A stretch of 64,000 nt of DNA from Gammaproteobacteria bacterium Ga0077536. Lineage in GTDB: Bacteria; Pseudomonadota; Gammaproteobacteria; Ga0077536. Of the stretch, positions 1 to 8,609 are shown in pieces; the first letter of the stretch is position 1, and every line of letters starts with the position of its first letter. The DNA lies in the NCBI GenBank assembly GCA_001464935.1, contig LNEL01000055.1, forward strand, positions 83,056 to 147,055. The letters run 5' to 3'. The position numbers and the translations under genes are program-made. The notes beneath the pieces are model-generated. The model made no database searches. It saw nothing but the letters and a program-made list of their open reading frames with translations, and had not been told where the DNA came from.

Positions 1-980
1 CTGCCGATGCAGCCGCGCAGTTCCCCGTCGAGCGTCAAGGTCACGAACACTGCGCCGTCGACGGCGAGACTCGCGTCCGCTGCCGGCCGGTGAGCAGGCA
101 GACCGAGCGCCTCGGCGATTGCCGCGCGCGCCAGCGCCAGCAGCGCCGGTCCCGGATCCGCGCCCGCAGCGGCCGCGTGCGCGCTGTAACCGACTGCGGC
201 ATAGCCGACGACGCGGTCGCGATCGCCGGCAGTGTCGCCGGAGTTGCGCAGATCGATCAGCGTCGGCGTCAGGCCGGTGCCGCGCAGGGCTTCGAGCAGA
301 CCGTTGACGGGCGTCGCGCCGCAGGCCTGGTCGTGGGTCAACGCGGCGTCGCCGCGCAGCACGCTGTCGAGCGTGGCGCGGTCGGTGGACACGGCCTCGC
401 GATACGGCAGGTAATGCGACAGGTCGGAACTGATGACGATCAGCGTTTCCGGCCCGCCCCAGACGGCGCGCAGCACCTGCGCGACCTCGGCGGGCGACGC
501 GTCGCCGACCACCAGCGGCAGCAATGTGAAGTCGTCGAGCACGCGCTGCAGAAACGGCAACTGCACTTCGAGCGAGTGTTCGGGTGCGTGGCAGCGATCA
601 TCGACACAGACTTGTGGCAGATGACGGACGCGCGCAACCAGCGACTGGTCGATCGCGATGTCGCCGAGCGGCGTCGAGAAGCTGCTCGCCGCCGGCAGCG
701 CGAGGCCGCGCACCGCGACCCGGTGGGCGGGCCCCAGCAGGACCACGCGGCGGATGCGCTCGCGCGCGGCGGCGACGGCGCGATAGGCGCCGGCGGCGAC
801 CGGGCCGGAGTACACATAGCCCGCATGCGGCACGATGATCGCCTTCGGCGACTCGCGCGCGGGCGCCGCCGCCGCCGCGAGCAGGCGATCGACGTCCCGC
901 GCCAGCGTGGCGGGGTCGCGTGGATAGAACGTGCCGGCCACTGCCGGTGGGCGCGCGGTGAGCGTCATCGGATGCTCCAT
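1..980 (-). CDS. MEMO1-family (AmmeMemoRadiSam system protein B) fused to AMMECR1 domain; 3' end beyond window start
   Basis: Minus-strand translation from ATG ~980 gives MEHPMTLTARPPAVAGTFYPRDPATLA (MEMO1 AGxFYP motif), later ...AVFVTLTLDGELRGCIG (AMMECR1 LRGCIG motif) at the window edge. It is missing from the ORF track because its stop lies outside the window. Confidence 0.7.
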   Translation of the reverse strand, partial: MEHPMTLTARPPAVAGTFYPRDPATLARDVDRLLAAAAAPARESPKAIIVPHAGYVYSGPVAAGAYRAVAAARERIRRVVLLGPAHRVAVRGLALPAASSFSTPLGDIAIDQSLVARVRHLPQVCVDDRCHAPEHSLEVQLPFLQRVLDDFTLLPLVVGDASPAEVAQVLRAVWGGPETLIVISSDLSHYLPYREAVSTDRATLDSVLRGDAALTHDQACGATPVNGLLEALRGTGLTPTLIDLRNSGDTAGDRDRVVGYAAVGYSAHAAAAGADPGPALLALARAAIAEALGLPAHRPAADASLAVDGAVFVTLTLDGELRGCIG

Positions 981-1226
981 GTCTGGGTCTCGGGCTGTCG
1001 ACCAGGCTTCGCCTCTTCCCTGAAGCGTGTGCGCTGGCCTTGTCCTCCAGATGGGGGGCGCCGGACGAAAACTCAAGACTGGAGTGCGGCGCCGGCGTTG
1101 CCGCAGCCCGTGAATTCAGTATAGTCGCGGCCCTGTTCGCAGCGCCGCGCCGGCGGGCTGTGCCGCGCCGGGAACACGCTTTCCGCGCGCCCCACCGCCT
1201 GCCGCCGACGCCCTGCTGCCGACCCG

Positions 1227-2900
1227 ATGCACGGACCGCACTCCGCGACCGCGCCACCATACGAGGATTATCCCGTGTCCGATTACCAGTTGAACCTCAA
1301 ACGCATCGTCGAACGTCCGGAAAAGTACTTTCCGCGCAATGAAATCCTGACGCGCGCCGATGACGGATCGACGTTCCGCTACACCTATCGCGACTACTGC
1401 GCGCGCGTGCGTCGCGTCGCCAGTGCGCTGGACCGCCTGGGGCTGGGCGCGAACGACCGGGTCGCCACGCTGTCGTGGAACACGCACCAGCACCTCGAGC
1501 TCTATTTCGCCGTCCCCTGCTCCGGCCGCGTGCTGCACACGGCGAACCTGCGGCTGTCCGACGAGCACCTCGCGTACACGATCAATCACGCCGAGGACAC
1601 CGCCATCTTCTTTTCGCCCGATCTGCTCGCGCAGGTCGAGAACATCGCGCCGCAGTTGAAGACCGTGCGCGCCTTTGTCGTGCTCGGCGACCGCGTGCCG
1701 GACACCACGCTGTCGCCAATCTTTGCGTACGAAGACCTCGTGGCGCAGGGCGATCCGGGCTTCGAGTTTCCGGACGTCGACGAGCGTGCACCGGCGTCGA
1801 TGTGCTTCACCTCGGCGACGACCGGCAATCCGAAATGCGTGGTCTACACCCATCGCGGCATCTACCTGCACTCGCAGGCGATCTGCAATGCGGACATCAT
1901 GGCCATCTCGGAGAAGGACACGATCCTGCCGATCTCGCCGATGTTCCATGTGAATTCATGGGGCGTGCCGTTCGCCGGCGTGTGGATGGGTTCGAAATTC
2001 GTGTTTCCGGGCCAGCGCCCGCATGCGCAGGATCTCCTGCAGCTGATAGAGACGCATCGGGCCACGTTCTGCTACGGCGCGGTCACGGTCGGCATCGACA
2101 TGATGAACCTGCTCGAGCAGCAGCCGCATGACATCAGCAGCCTGCGCGCCCTGATGCTCGGCGGCTCGGCGACGCCGGCGTCGGTGATGCAGTACTACCG
2201 CAAGGCGCACGGCGTCGTGATCTACACCGCGTGGGGGTCGACCGAGTGCGCGCCGATTGCCACCGCCGTGTGCATCAAGCGCGATCAGCAGGATCTCGAC
2301 ATCGACGGCGAAATTGCCATCCGCGTGCGGCAGGGCCTGCCGGTGCCGGGCGTCGAGATGAAGGTGCTCGACGACGACGGCAACGCGATTCCCTGGGATG
2401 ACAAGGCCGTCGGCGAGGTCTATGTCCGCGGCCCGTGGATCGCGACGAGCTACCTCAACGAGCCGCGCAGCCAGGAGAGTTTCATCGACGGCTGGTGGAA
2501 GAGCGGCGACATCGCGGCGGTCAACGAAGACGGCGTGCTGCGCCTCGTCGATCGCGCGAAGGACTTGATCAAGTCAGGCGGCGAATGGATCTCCTCGGTC
2601 GACCTCGAGAACACGCTGATGGCGCATCCCGCGGTGCGCGAAGCGACGGTCGTCGGCCAGCCGCACGAGAAATGGATCGAACGCCCGCTCGCCTTCCTCG
2701 TCATCGATCCGGCCGCCCCGCGCCCGGGCGATGCGGAGCTGCGCGCGCACCTGTCGGCCCACGGCATCGCCCGCTGGTGGCTGCCCGACAGCTTCGTCTT
2801 CCTCGACGCGCTGCCGAAGACGGGGGTCGGCAAGTTCGACAAGAAGCAGCTGCGACAACAGCTGGACGACTTCCTGGTGAAAGGGAGTGCCGCGGTTTAG
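1227..2900 (+). CDS. long-chain fatty acid--CoA ligase (AMP-dependent synthetase/ligase)
   Basis: 557 aa ORF with adenylate-forming enzyme architecture (TSATTGNPK, C-terminal GEWISS/KTGVGKFDKK). A GTG at ~1275 with an upstream GAGGA RBS is an alternative start (MSDYQLNL...). Confidence 0.85.
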   Translation: MHGPHSATAPPYEDYPVSDYQLNLKRIVERPEKYFPRNEILTRADDGSTFRYTYRDYCARVRRVASALDRLGLGANDRVATLSWNTHQHLELYFAVPCSGRVLHTANLRLSDEHLAYTINHAEDTAIFFSPDLLAQVENIAPQLKTVRAFVVLGDRVPDTTLSPIFAYEDLVAQGDPGFEFPDVDERAPASMCFTSATTGNPKCVVYTHRGIYLHSQAICNADIMAISEKDTILPISPMFHVNSWGVPFAGVWMGSKFVFPGQRPHAQDLLQLIETHRATFCYGAVTVGIDMMNLLEQQPHDISSLRALMLGGSATPASVMQYYRKAHGVVIYTAWGSTECAPIATAVCIKRDQQDLDIDGEIAIRVRQGLPVPGVEMKVLDDDGNAIPWDDKAVGEVYVRGPWIATSYLNEPRSQESFIDGWWKSGDIAAVNEDGVLRLVDRAKDLIKSGGEWISSVDLENTLMAHPAVREATVVGQPHEKWIERPLAFLVIDPAAPRPGDAELRAHLSAHGIARWWLPDSFVFLDALPKTGVGKFDKKQLRQQLDDFLVKGSAAV

Positions 2901-2916
2901 ACGGCTTCAGCTTCAG

Positions 2917-3066
2917 CCACCGAGAACACAGAGAACACCGAGACGGGAAACAGGGATCAGATCGGACGGCTCGAGATTGCACGCGTGTTTCGCGCGGCGC
3001 GCAGCCTTGTGAAAGCAACGAAATCCCGTCACCGCAATTCCTCTGTGTTCTCGGTGTTCTCGGTGG
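2917..3066. repeat. MITE-like element, copy 1: 26-bp terminal inverted repeats CCACCGAGAACACAGAGAACACCGAG / CTCTGTGTTCTCGGTGTTCTCGGTGG
   Basis: Perfect inverted 26-mers flank ~100 bp of unrelated sequence, between the convergent ligase and DUF2269 genes. Confidence 0.7.
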
Positions 3067-3079
3067 CCAAGCCCACTGA

Positions 3080-3562
3080 TCAAGGCGGAATGCCGAGCTT
3101 CGGTCGCCAGATCGCGATCACCACGTTCGCGATCGACAGCACCATGATCGTCCACATGCCGCCCCATTCACTGCTGAGAATTTTCTCCATCACCGCCGGA
3201 TCGCCGGTGCCTTCGGCGAGCCTGGCCGACATCGAGGCCGCGCGCGTTGCCTGCGACTGCACGGTCGCGAGCGTGCCTTCGAACATGCCGAGGCCGAGCA
3301 CGGCTTTCAGCAGCACCCAGCCCTGATGCAGATACGGCTTGTGAACGATCATCGCGATGAGACCGCTGAGCAGCACCAGCGCGAGCGACGGCAGCAGCAG
3401 CCACTTGCAGACCATCAGCATGCCCTGACGCATCGCCGCGAGTTCGGCCAGCCCGGCCGGTGCGTTGACCGCCAGCACCATGTTCGCTGCGATCGCGCCC
3501 ATCAGCCCCACCGCGCCGAGCGTATGCAGAATCTTCACGGCACGTTTCAAGCGTAAGGACAT
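3080..3562 (-). CDS. DUF2269-family small membrane protein
   Basis: Internal ATG (M116 of track ORF 3080..3907) preceded by a GGGGGTG RBS. Four predicted TM helices (MSLRLKRAVKILHTLGAVGLMGAIAANMVLAV...). The upstream part of the ORF is Arg/Ser-rich junk. Confidence 0.6.
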   Translation of the reverse strand: MSLRLKRAVKILHTLGAVGLMGAIAANMVLAVNAPAGLAELAAMRQGMLMVCKWLLLPSLALVLLSGLIAMIVHKPYLHQGWVLLKAVLGLGMFEGTLATVQSQATRAASMSARLAEGTGDPAVMEKILSSEWGGMWTIMVLSIANVVIAIWRPKLGIPP

Positions 3563-3695
3563 CGCCACCCCCGGGGCGTTCTCTGGGAAGTCCGGCCCGG
3601 TCCGCTGCCGGGCGCCGCGCGCATTGGCCTCACCGCCGCAGTTCAGGGCCCGGCTTCGTGATTCGAGCGTGCGCCCTGCAATACGTCCGACCCGC

Positions 3696-4220
3696 TCACA
3701 CCGGTTTGGCCAGGATCTCCTGCAGCGACTGGCCGCCGACGCCGGTGACGCTGAGATGGCCGTAGTAGCGCACCGAGATCCGCAGGAAGGCGAAACGCCA
3801 GCGATCGGGATCGCGCCGCATGCGGTGCTGATAGGTGCCGATGAGGACCAGGTCGTTGGCGAGGATCTCGAAGAAATAGGCCAGCGTCGTCGCCTCGTCG
3901 CCGGCAAGCGCGATCTGCATGTTGGTGCTCAGATGGCCGGTCGAGAACAGGCCCTTCGGGATATTCGCACCGGTATCGATCGCCGGCTTGTAGAAGCGCT
4001 CGATGATGTCCTGCCGCCCCCGATACACCCCGTCGATGCCGGGCGCCAGCGTCTCCAGACCCACCATCTCGAGTTCGCCGTCAGGGACGTAAACCTCCGC
4101 CAGTCCCGCCCAGTCCTCGGAGTCGAGCCGCTGGCAGTAATCGAGCCACGTGTCCCGCACGGCTTCCCGGTCCTCGAGCCGCTGCAGTCTTGCCAGTACT
4201 TCATCGAGCGTAATCGACAC
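3696..4220 (-). CDS. nuclear transport factor 2 (SnoaL-like) family protein
   Basis: GTG start (V24 of the track ORF) six nt after GGAGGAGG. The track ORF N-terminus reads into repeat copy 2 and is not real. Confidence 0.6.
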   Translation of the reverse strand: MSITLDEVLARLQRLEDREAVRDTWLDYCQRLDSEDWAGLAEVYVPDGELEMVGLETLAPGIDGVYRGRQDIIERFYKPAIDTGANIPKGLFSTGHLSTNMQIALAGDEATTLAYFFEILANDLVLIGTYQHRMRRDPDRWRFAFLRISVRYYGHLSVTGVGGQSLQEILAKPV

Positions 4221-4248
4221 GTCTCTGCCTCCTCCAACGTCGGTTTTG

Positions 4249-4379
4249 CCACCGAGAACACAGAGAACACCGGGAATGGAAGAGATCACGCAGTCGGAAG
4301 CCTCGCGCCTGACGTAAGCTGACGTCTGCCCGGTTCAGCTTCTCATGTTCTTCCTCTGTGTTCTCGGTGTTCTCGGTGG
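4249..4379. repeat. MITE-like element, copy 2, same 26-bp terminal inverted repeats as copy 1
   Basis: CCACCGAGAACACAGAGAACACCGGG ... CCTCTGTGTTCTCGGTGTTCTCGGTGG. The interior is unrelated to copy 1. Confidence 0.7.
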
Positions 4380-4385
4380 CCAGAA

Positions 4386-5456
4386 CTACCTGAATGCCGG
4401 CATGATCTCGTCCGCGAACTGATCAATCGTCGCGTCGGTGTCCAGGATCGGCTGCACTGCGACCTGGTGGACGCCGGCGGCGTGCATCTGGCGGATGGAG
4501 TCGATGACCTGCTCCTTGGTGCCGACCAGCGTCGTCGCGCGCATGATCTTCTCCGTCATCAGCGCTTCGTGCTCGGGACGGAGTTTCTGCAGGTAGCCGC
4601 TGTAGAGCTTCAGGTGGCGGGTCTCGACCGGCGCTTCGGGGTCCTTGTACACGTTCGTGAAGGCGACGAGCTCGTCGCGGAGATCGGCCGGCAGCAGGTT
4701 CGGGTCGTGGTGGGTGGACAGTGCGAAGATATTGCTCGACGACGCCACCATCGGACCGACGGCCTCACGCACTGCACGCGTCTCGATGTCCTTTTCGCTC
4801 TTCGTCAGGTAGAAGGCGGTCATCGACAGCACGTAGACCTTGTCCGGATCGCGGCCGGCCTTCTTCGCGCCGATCTTCACGTTGTCCACCATCCATTTGC
4901 AGATCGACGGATGCACCGCGCCGAAGAGAATCACGCCATCGGCGATTTCACCGGCCATCTGCGCGACTTTCGGACCGCTCGCGGAGATATAGATGGGGAT
5001 CGGATCCTTGATGTTGATGTAGCCCATGTCGGGATTCAGGAACTTGATCTTGCGGTGGCGATCGCCTTCGGCGTAGTCGGTGATCTGATCCTTGAACAGG
5101 CCCTGACAGACTTCGATGTGCTCGCGCAGTTCATCGAGGCGCGCGGCCGGCATGCCGAGCGTGCGACGCGTGGTGTTGCCGGTGCCGATGCCGAGGATCG
5201 CGCGGCCCGGCGCGATCTGGTTGATCGTCGCCATGCCGCAGGCGGTCAGTGGCGCGATGCGGGATTTCGGGTTGGTGACGCCGGGTCCCAGCTTGATCTT
5301 CTGCGTACCCGCCGCGCACAGCGCGAGCGATGCATAGACCTCGCTGCCGAGCATCTGCGAGTCATAGAGCCAGCCGTGCGAGTAGCCGCGGTCCTCGGCG
5401 TGCTTGACCTGCGGCGTGACCTGGCAGGAACCCATGAAGACGAATCCGAAGTCCAT
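4386..5456 (-). CDS. LLM class flavin-dependent oxidoreductase (luciferase-like monooxygenase)
   Basis: 356 aa with the TIM-barrel luciferase-like signature (GIGTGNT, ...AGVHQV...). Confidence 0.85.
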   Translation of the reverse strand: MDFGFVFMGSCQVTPQVKHAEDRGYSHGWLYDSQMLGSEVYASLALCAAGTQKIKLGPGVTNPKSRIAPLTACGMATINQIAPGRAILGIGTGNTTRRTLGMPAARLDELREHIEVCQGLFKDQITDYAEGDRHRKIKFLNPDMGYINIKDPIPIYISASGPKVAQMAGEIADGVILFGAVHPSICKWMVDNVKIGAKKAGRDPDKVYVLSMTAFYLTKSEKDIETRAVREAVGPMVASSSNIFALSTHHDPNLLPADLRDELVAFTNVYKDPEAPVETRHLKLYSGYLQKLRPEHEALMTEKIMRATTLVGTKEQVIDSIRQMHAAGVHQVAVQPILDTDATIDQFADEIMPAFR

Positions 5457-5531
5457 TGCAACCTCCCCTGGCTGTTGTACGCGTTGAGGGGCCTAGCATA
5501 GGAGACGCCGCAGCGCGCTGTCAGCTTTCGT

Positions 5532-7307
5532 TCAGTGGTTGAACTGCAGGGCGGCGAGCTTCGCGTACAGCCCGCCGTCGCGGGTCAGTGACGCATGCGT
5601 GCCGGATTCGACGATCCGGCCCTGGTCCAGCACGAGGATGCGGTCGGCATGCTGCACCGTGGCAAGACGGTGGGCGATGATCAGCGTCGTGTGATCGCGC
5701 ATCAGCGTGGCGAGCGCCTGCTGCACGAGATGTTCGGACTCGGCGTCGAGCGCGCTGGTCGCCTCGTCGAGCAGCAGCAACGGACGATCGGCCAGAATCG
5801 CGCGCGCAATCGCCAGGCGCTGGCGCTGGCCGCCGGACAGTTGCACGCCGCGCTCACCGAGGTTGGTCTCGAGCCCCTGCGGCAGGCGCTGGATGAACTC
5901 CCACGCGAACGCGGCGCGACAGGCTTCCTCGACCGCCGCGGCGTCCGCGTCGGGCTGGCCGTAGCGCACGTTGTCGAGCACGCTCGCGGCGAAGATCACC
6001 GGGTCCTGCGGCACCAGCGCGATCGCCGCGCGCAGCGCGCGCGGATCGACGTCGCGCGCGTCCACACCGTCGAGTCGCACCGCGCCGGCCTGCGGATCGT
6101 AATAGCGCAGCAGCAACTGGAAGACGGTGGTCTTGCCGCCGCCGGACGGCCCGACCAGCGCGACCTTCTCGCCGGCCGCGACGTCGAGCGTAAAGTCGCG
6201 CAGCGCCGGATCGGACAGGCGCGACGGATAGGCAAACGTCACGCCCTCGAAGCTCACCGCGCCGCGGGCCGGCGCCGGCAGGGGTCGCGGGTTCACCGGT
6301 GCCTCGATCGCGGGCCTGGTCTCGAGCAGTTCGAGCAGGCGTTCGGCGGCGCCGGCGGCGCGCTGGAGTTCACCCATGACTTCGGCCACCGCCCCCACCG
6401 CGCCCGCGACCAGCACCGCGTAGAACACGAAGGCGGACAGATTGCCCGGCGACAGGCGGCCGGCGACGACATCGTGCCCGCCAACCCACAGGATCGCGCC
6501 GATGGCGCCGAAGGCGAGCAGGATCACCGTCGACACCATCGCCGCTCGCACGAGAATGCGCCGCTGCGCGGTCGTGAAATGCGCCTCGACCCGCGCGCCG
6601 AAACTCCGACGGTCGGCCGCTTCATGGACATAGGCCTGCACGGTGCGGATTTCGTGCAGCGTCTCGTCGATGTAGGCGGCGACGTCCGCAATGCGGTCCT
6701 GGCTCGCGCGTGACAGCTTTCGCACGCGTCGCCCGGCCACGATGATCGGCAGGAACACCACCGGCACGCCTACCAGCACCAGCAGCGTCAGTTTCGCCGA
6801 CGTCAGCGCGAGCATCACGAAGGCGCCGATCATCAACAGCAGATTGCGCAGCGCGAACGACGCCGACGAGCCGACCACGGTTTCCAGCAACTGCGTGTCA
6901 TTGGTCAGCCGCGAGATCACTTCGCCCGTGCGCGTCTGCTCGAAGAAGCTCGGCGACAGATCGAGGATGTGGTCGAACACCGCGCGCCGGATGTCGGCGG
7001 TCACCCGCTCGCCGAGCCAGGTCACGAGGTAGAAGCGGCCGAAAGTGGCGCCCGCGAGCACGACGATGACGACGAACAGGCCAATCAGCGCTTCGTTCAG
7101 CAGGCCCGCGTTGCCGGCCGCGATGCCCCGATCGATCACGAGCTTCAGGCCCTGCCCGATCGCCAGCACGCTGCCGGCGGCGATCACCAGCGCCAGCGCC
7201 GCCCACGCGACGCGCACGCGGTAGGGGCGCACGAAGCGCCACAGGATCTTCAACTGCCGAAGGTTCTTCGAAGCCGGCCTGCGGGCCGCGTCATTGAAAG
7301 AGGCCAT
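5532..7307 (-). CDS. ABC transporter ATP-binding/permease fusion (type I exporter, MsbA-like)
   Basis: Six-TM domain followed by Walker A GPSGGGKTT, signature LSGGQRQRLAIARA and Walker B LLLLDEATSALD. Start moved to M33 (MASFND...) with an ACGGAG RBS. Confidence 0.85.
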   Translation of the reverse strand: MASFNDAARRPASKNLRQLKILWRFVRPYRVRVAWAALALVIAAGSVLAIGQGLKLVIDRGIAAGNAGLLNEALIGLFVVIVVLAGATFGRFYLVTWLGERVTADIRRAVFDHILDLSPSFFEQTRTGEVISRLTNDTQLLETVVGSSASFALRNLLLMIGAFVMLALTSAKLTLLVLVGVPVVFLPIIVAGRRVRKLSRASQDRIADVAAYIDETLHEIRTVQAYVHEAADRRSFGARVEAHFTTAQRRILVRAAMVSTVILLAFGAIGAILWVGGHDVVAGRLSPGNLSAFVFYAVLVAGAVGAVAEVMGELQRAAGAAERLLELLETRPAIEAPVNPRPLPAPARGAVSFEGVTFAYPSRLSDPALRDFTLDVAAGEKVALVGPSGGGKTTVFQLLLRYYDPQAGAVRLDGVDARDVDPRALRAAIALVPQDPVIFAASVLDNVRYGQPDADAAAVEEACRAAFAWEFIQRLPQGLETNLGERGVQLSGGQRQRLAIARAILADRPLLLLDEATSALDAESEHLVQQALATLMRDHTTLIIAHRLATVQHADRILVLDQGRIVESGTHASLTRDGGLYAKLAALQFNH

Positions 7308-7556
7308 GAGCTCCGTTCGGGATGGGGACGTGGCAGGAATGCCGCAGCGCATTGTAGCCCGCCGGGCACGGGCGGGCGGCATCGGATCCGGGACGCGCCG
7401 CATGCGCCGGGGGCGAAGACCACCGGTGTCGCTTCATCCCTGCCGCGTCGCCCGATATCATCGGTCCAGGTCAGCCTGGCGCCCGTGCGCCGCGCCGGCT
7501 AATCACGACAACGACAATCCGCATCCGCCCGCGGCTGCGATCAGAAGGAGGTCTCC

Positions 7557-8462
7557 ATGAGTATCCGTACCGCCCAGGACCTGCGCGACGCCTATCGCCA
7601 GTTCAACGAAGCCGCACTCAGCAATCCGAATGCGACGCTCGCCGACATGCGCGCGAACGCCGAAGGCTTCGGCGAAATGACCGCCGAACCGGCGGGCGTC
7701 AAGTACGAACAGGTCGATGCCGGCGGCGTGCCGGCGATCATGGTGACGCCGGACGGCGCCAGCACCGATCGCGTGATCCAGTACACGCACGGCGGCGGCT
7801 ATGTGTTCTGCTCGGCGAACAGCCACAAGCGCCTCGCCGGACATCTCGCGAAAGCCGTCGGCTGCCGTGCGCTCGTGCTCGACTACCGCCTCGCACCCGA
7901 GCACCCGCACCCGGCGCCGGTCAACGACGCCGTCACGGCGTTTCGCTGGCTGCTCGCGCAGGGCATCAAGGCCGAACACATCGCGGTCTCCGGCGATTCT
8001 GCCGGCGGCGGTCTCGCCGTCGCGACGCTGCTCAAACTTCGCGATGACGGGATTGCCCAGCCGGCCGGCGCGGTGCCGATCTCGCCGTGGGTCGACATGG
8101 AGGGGGCCGGTGAATCGATGCAGACCCGCGCCGCGGTCGACATGTGCGTGCAGAAACCCGCGCTTCAGCAGCTCGGAGGCCTGTTCCTCGCCGGCAAGAG
8201 CACGCGCGACCCGTACGCCTCGCCGGTGTACGCAGATCTGAAGGGCATCGCGCCGATGTACATCCAGGTCGGCGACGAGGAAACGCTGCTCGACGACTCC
8301 GTGCGCCTCGCGCATCGCGCGCTCGACGCCGGGGTCGAAGTCAAACTCGAGATCTACCCTGAGATGCAGCATATCTTCCAGATCTGCGCCGGCTACCTGC
8401 CGCAGGCCGATGTCGCGGTCCAGCGCGCCGCCGCCTGGCTCAAGCCACGCCTGGGGCTCTGA
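7557..8462 (+). CDS. alpha/beta hydrolase, HSL-family esterase/lipase
   Basis: HGGGYVFCS oxyanion motif and GDSAGGGLA nucleophile elbow. AGGAGG RBS. Confidence 0.85.
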   Translation: MSIRTAQDLRDAYRQFNEAALSNPNATLADMRANAEGFGEMTAEPAGVKYEQVDAGGVPAIMVTPDGASTDRVIQYTHGGGYVFCSANSHKRLAGHLAKAVGCRALVLDYRLAPEHPHPAPVNDAVTAFRWLLAQGIKAEHIAVSGDSAGGGLAVATLLKLRDDGIAQPAGAVPISPWVDMEGAGESMQTRAAVDMCVQKPALQQLGGLFLAGKSTRDPYASPVYADLKGIAPMYIQVGDEETLLDDSVRLAHRALDAGVEVKLEIYPEMQHIFQICAGYLPQADVAVQRAAAWLKPRLGL

Positions 8463-8472
8463 GCTCGCAGCG

Positions 8473-8497
8473 AACGCCGCGCCTCGTGCGGCGTTCG
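8473..8497 (+). terminator. hairpin GAACGCCGC-N7-GCGGCGTTC immediately after the esterase stop
   Basis: Perfect 9-bp stem and 7-nt loop followed by GTATTGG. Candidate intrinsic terminator. Confidence 0.4.
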
Positions 8498-8503
8498 TAT
8501 TGG

Positions 8504-8609
8504 CCACCGCGAACACCGCGATGGGTGGGTGCAGCCGGGTCGCTGCCGTGAGCGTGCCGTACCCGTTTCTCCACTCATCCTGACTCGGTGTTCTCGGTGT
8601 TCTCGGTGG
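8504..8609. repeat. MITE-like element, copy 3 (degenerate left end CCACCGCGAACACCGCG, intact right end ACTCGGTGTTCTCGGTGTTCTCGGTGG)
   Basis: Same family as copies 1 and 2. The right terminal repeat overlaps the last codons of the kinase gene (...TENTENTESG). Confidence 0.6.

Noticed and set aside
90-1124. 344-aa + strand ORF at the window start
   Set aside because: Arg/Ala-rich composition typical of antisense frames in high-GC DNA. The opposite strand encodes a motif-bearing MEMO1/AMMECR1 protein over the same bases.
2917-8609. GAGAACAC tandem repeats as a possible CRISPR array
   Set aside because: Only two 9-bp units per site, no regular spacers. They occur as inverted terminal pairs ~100 bp apart, which is a MITE-like arrangement, not CRISPR.
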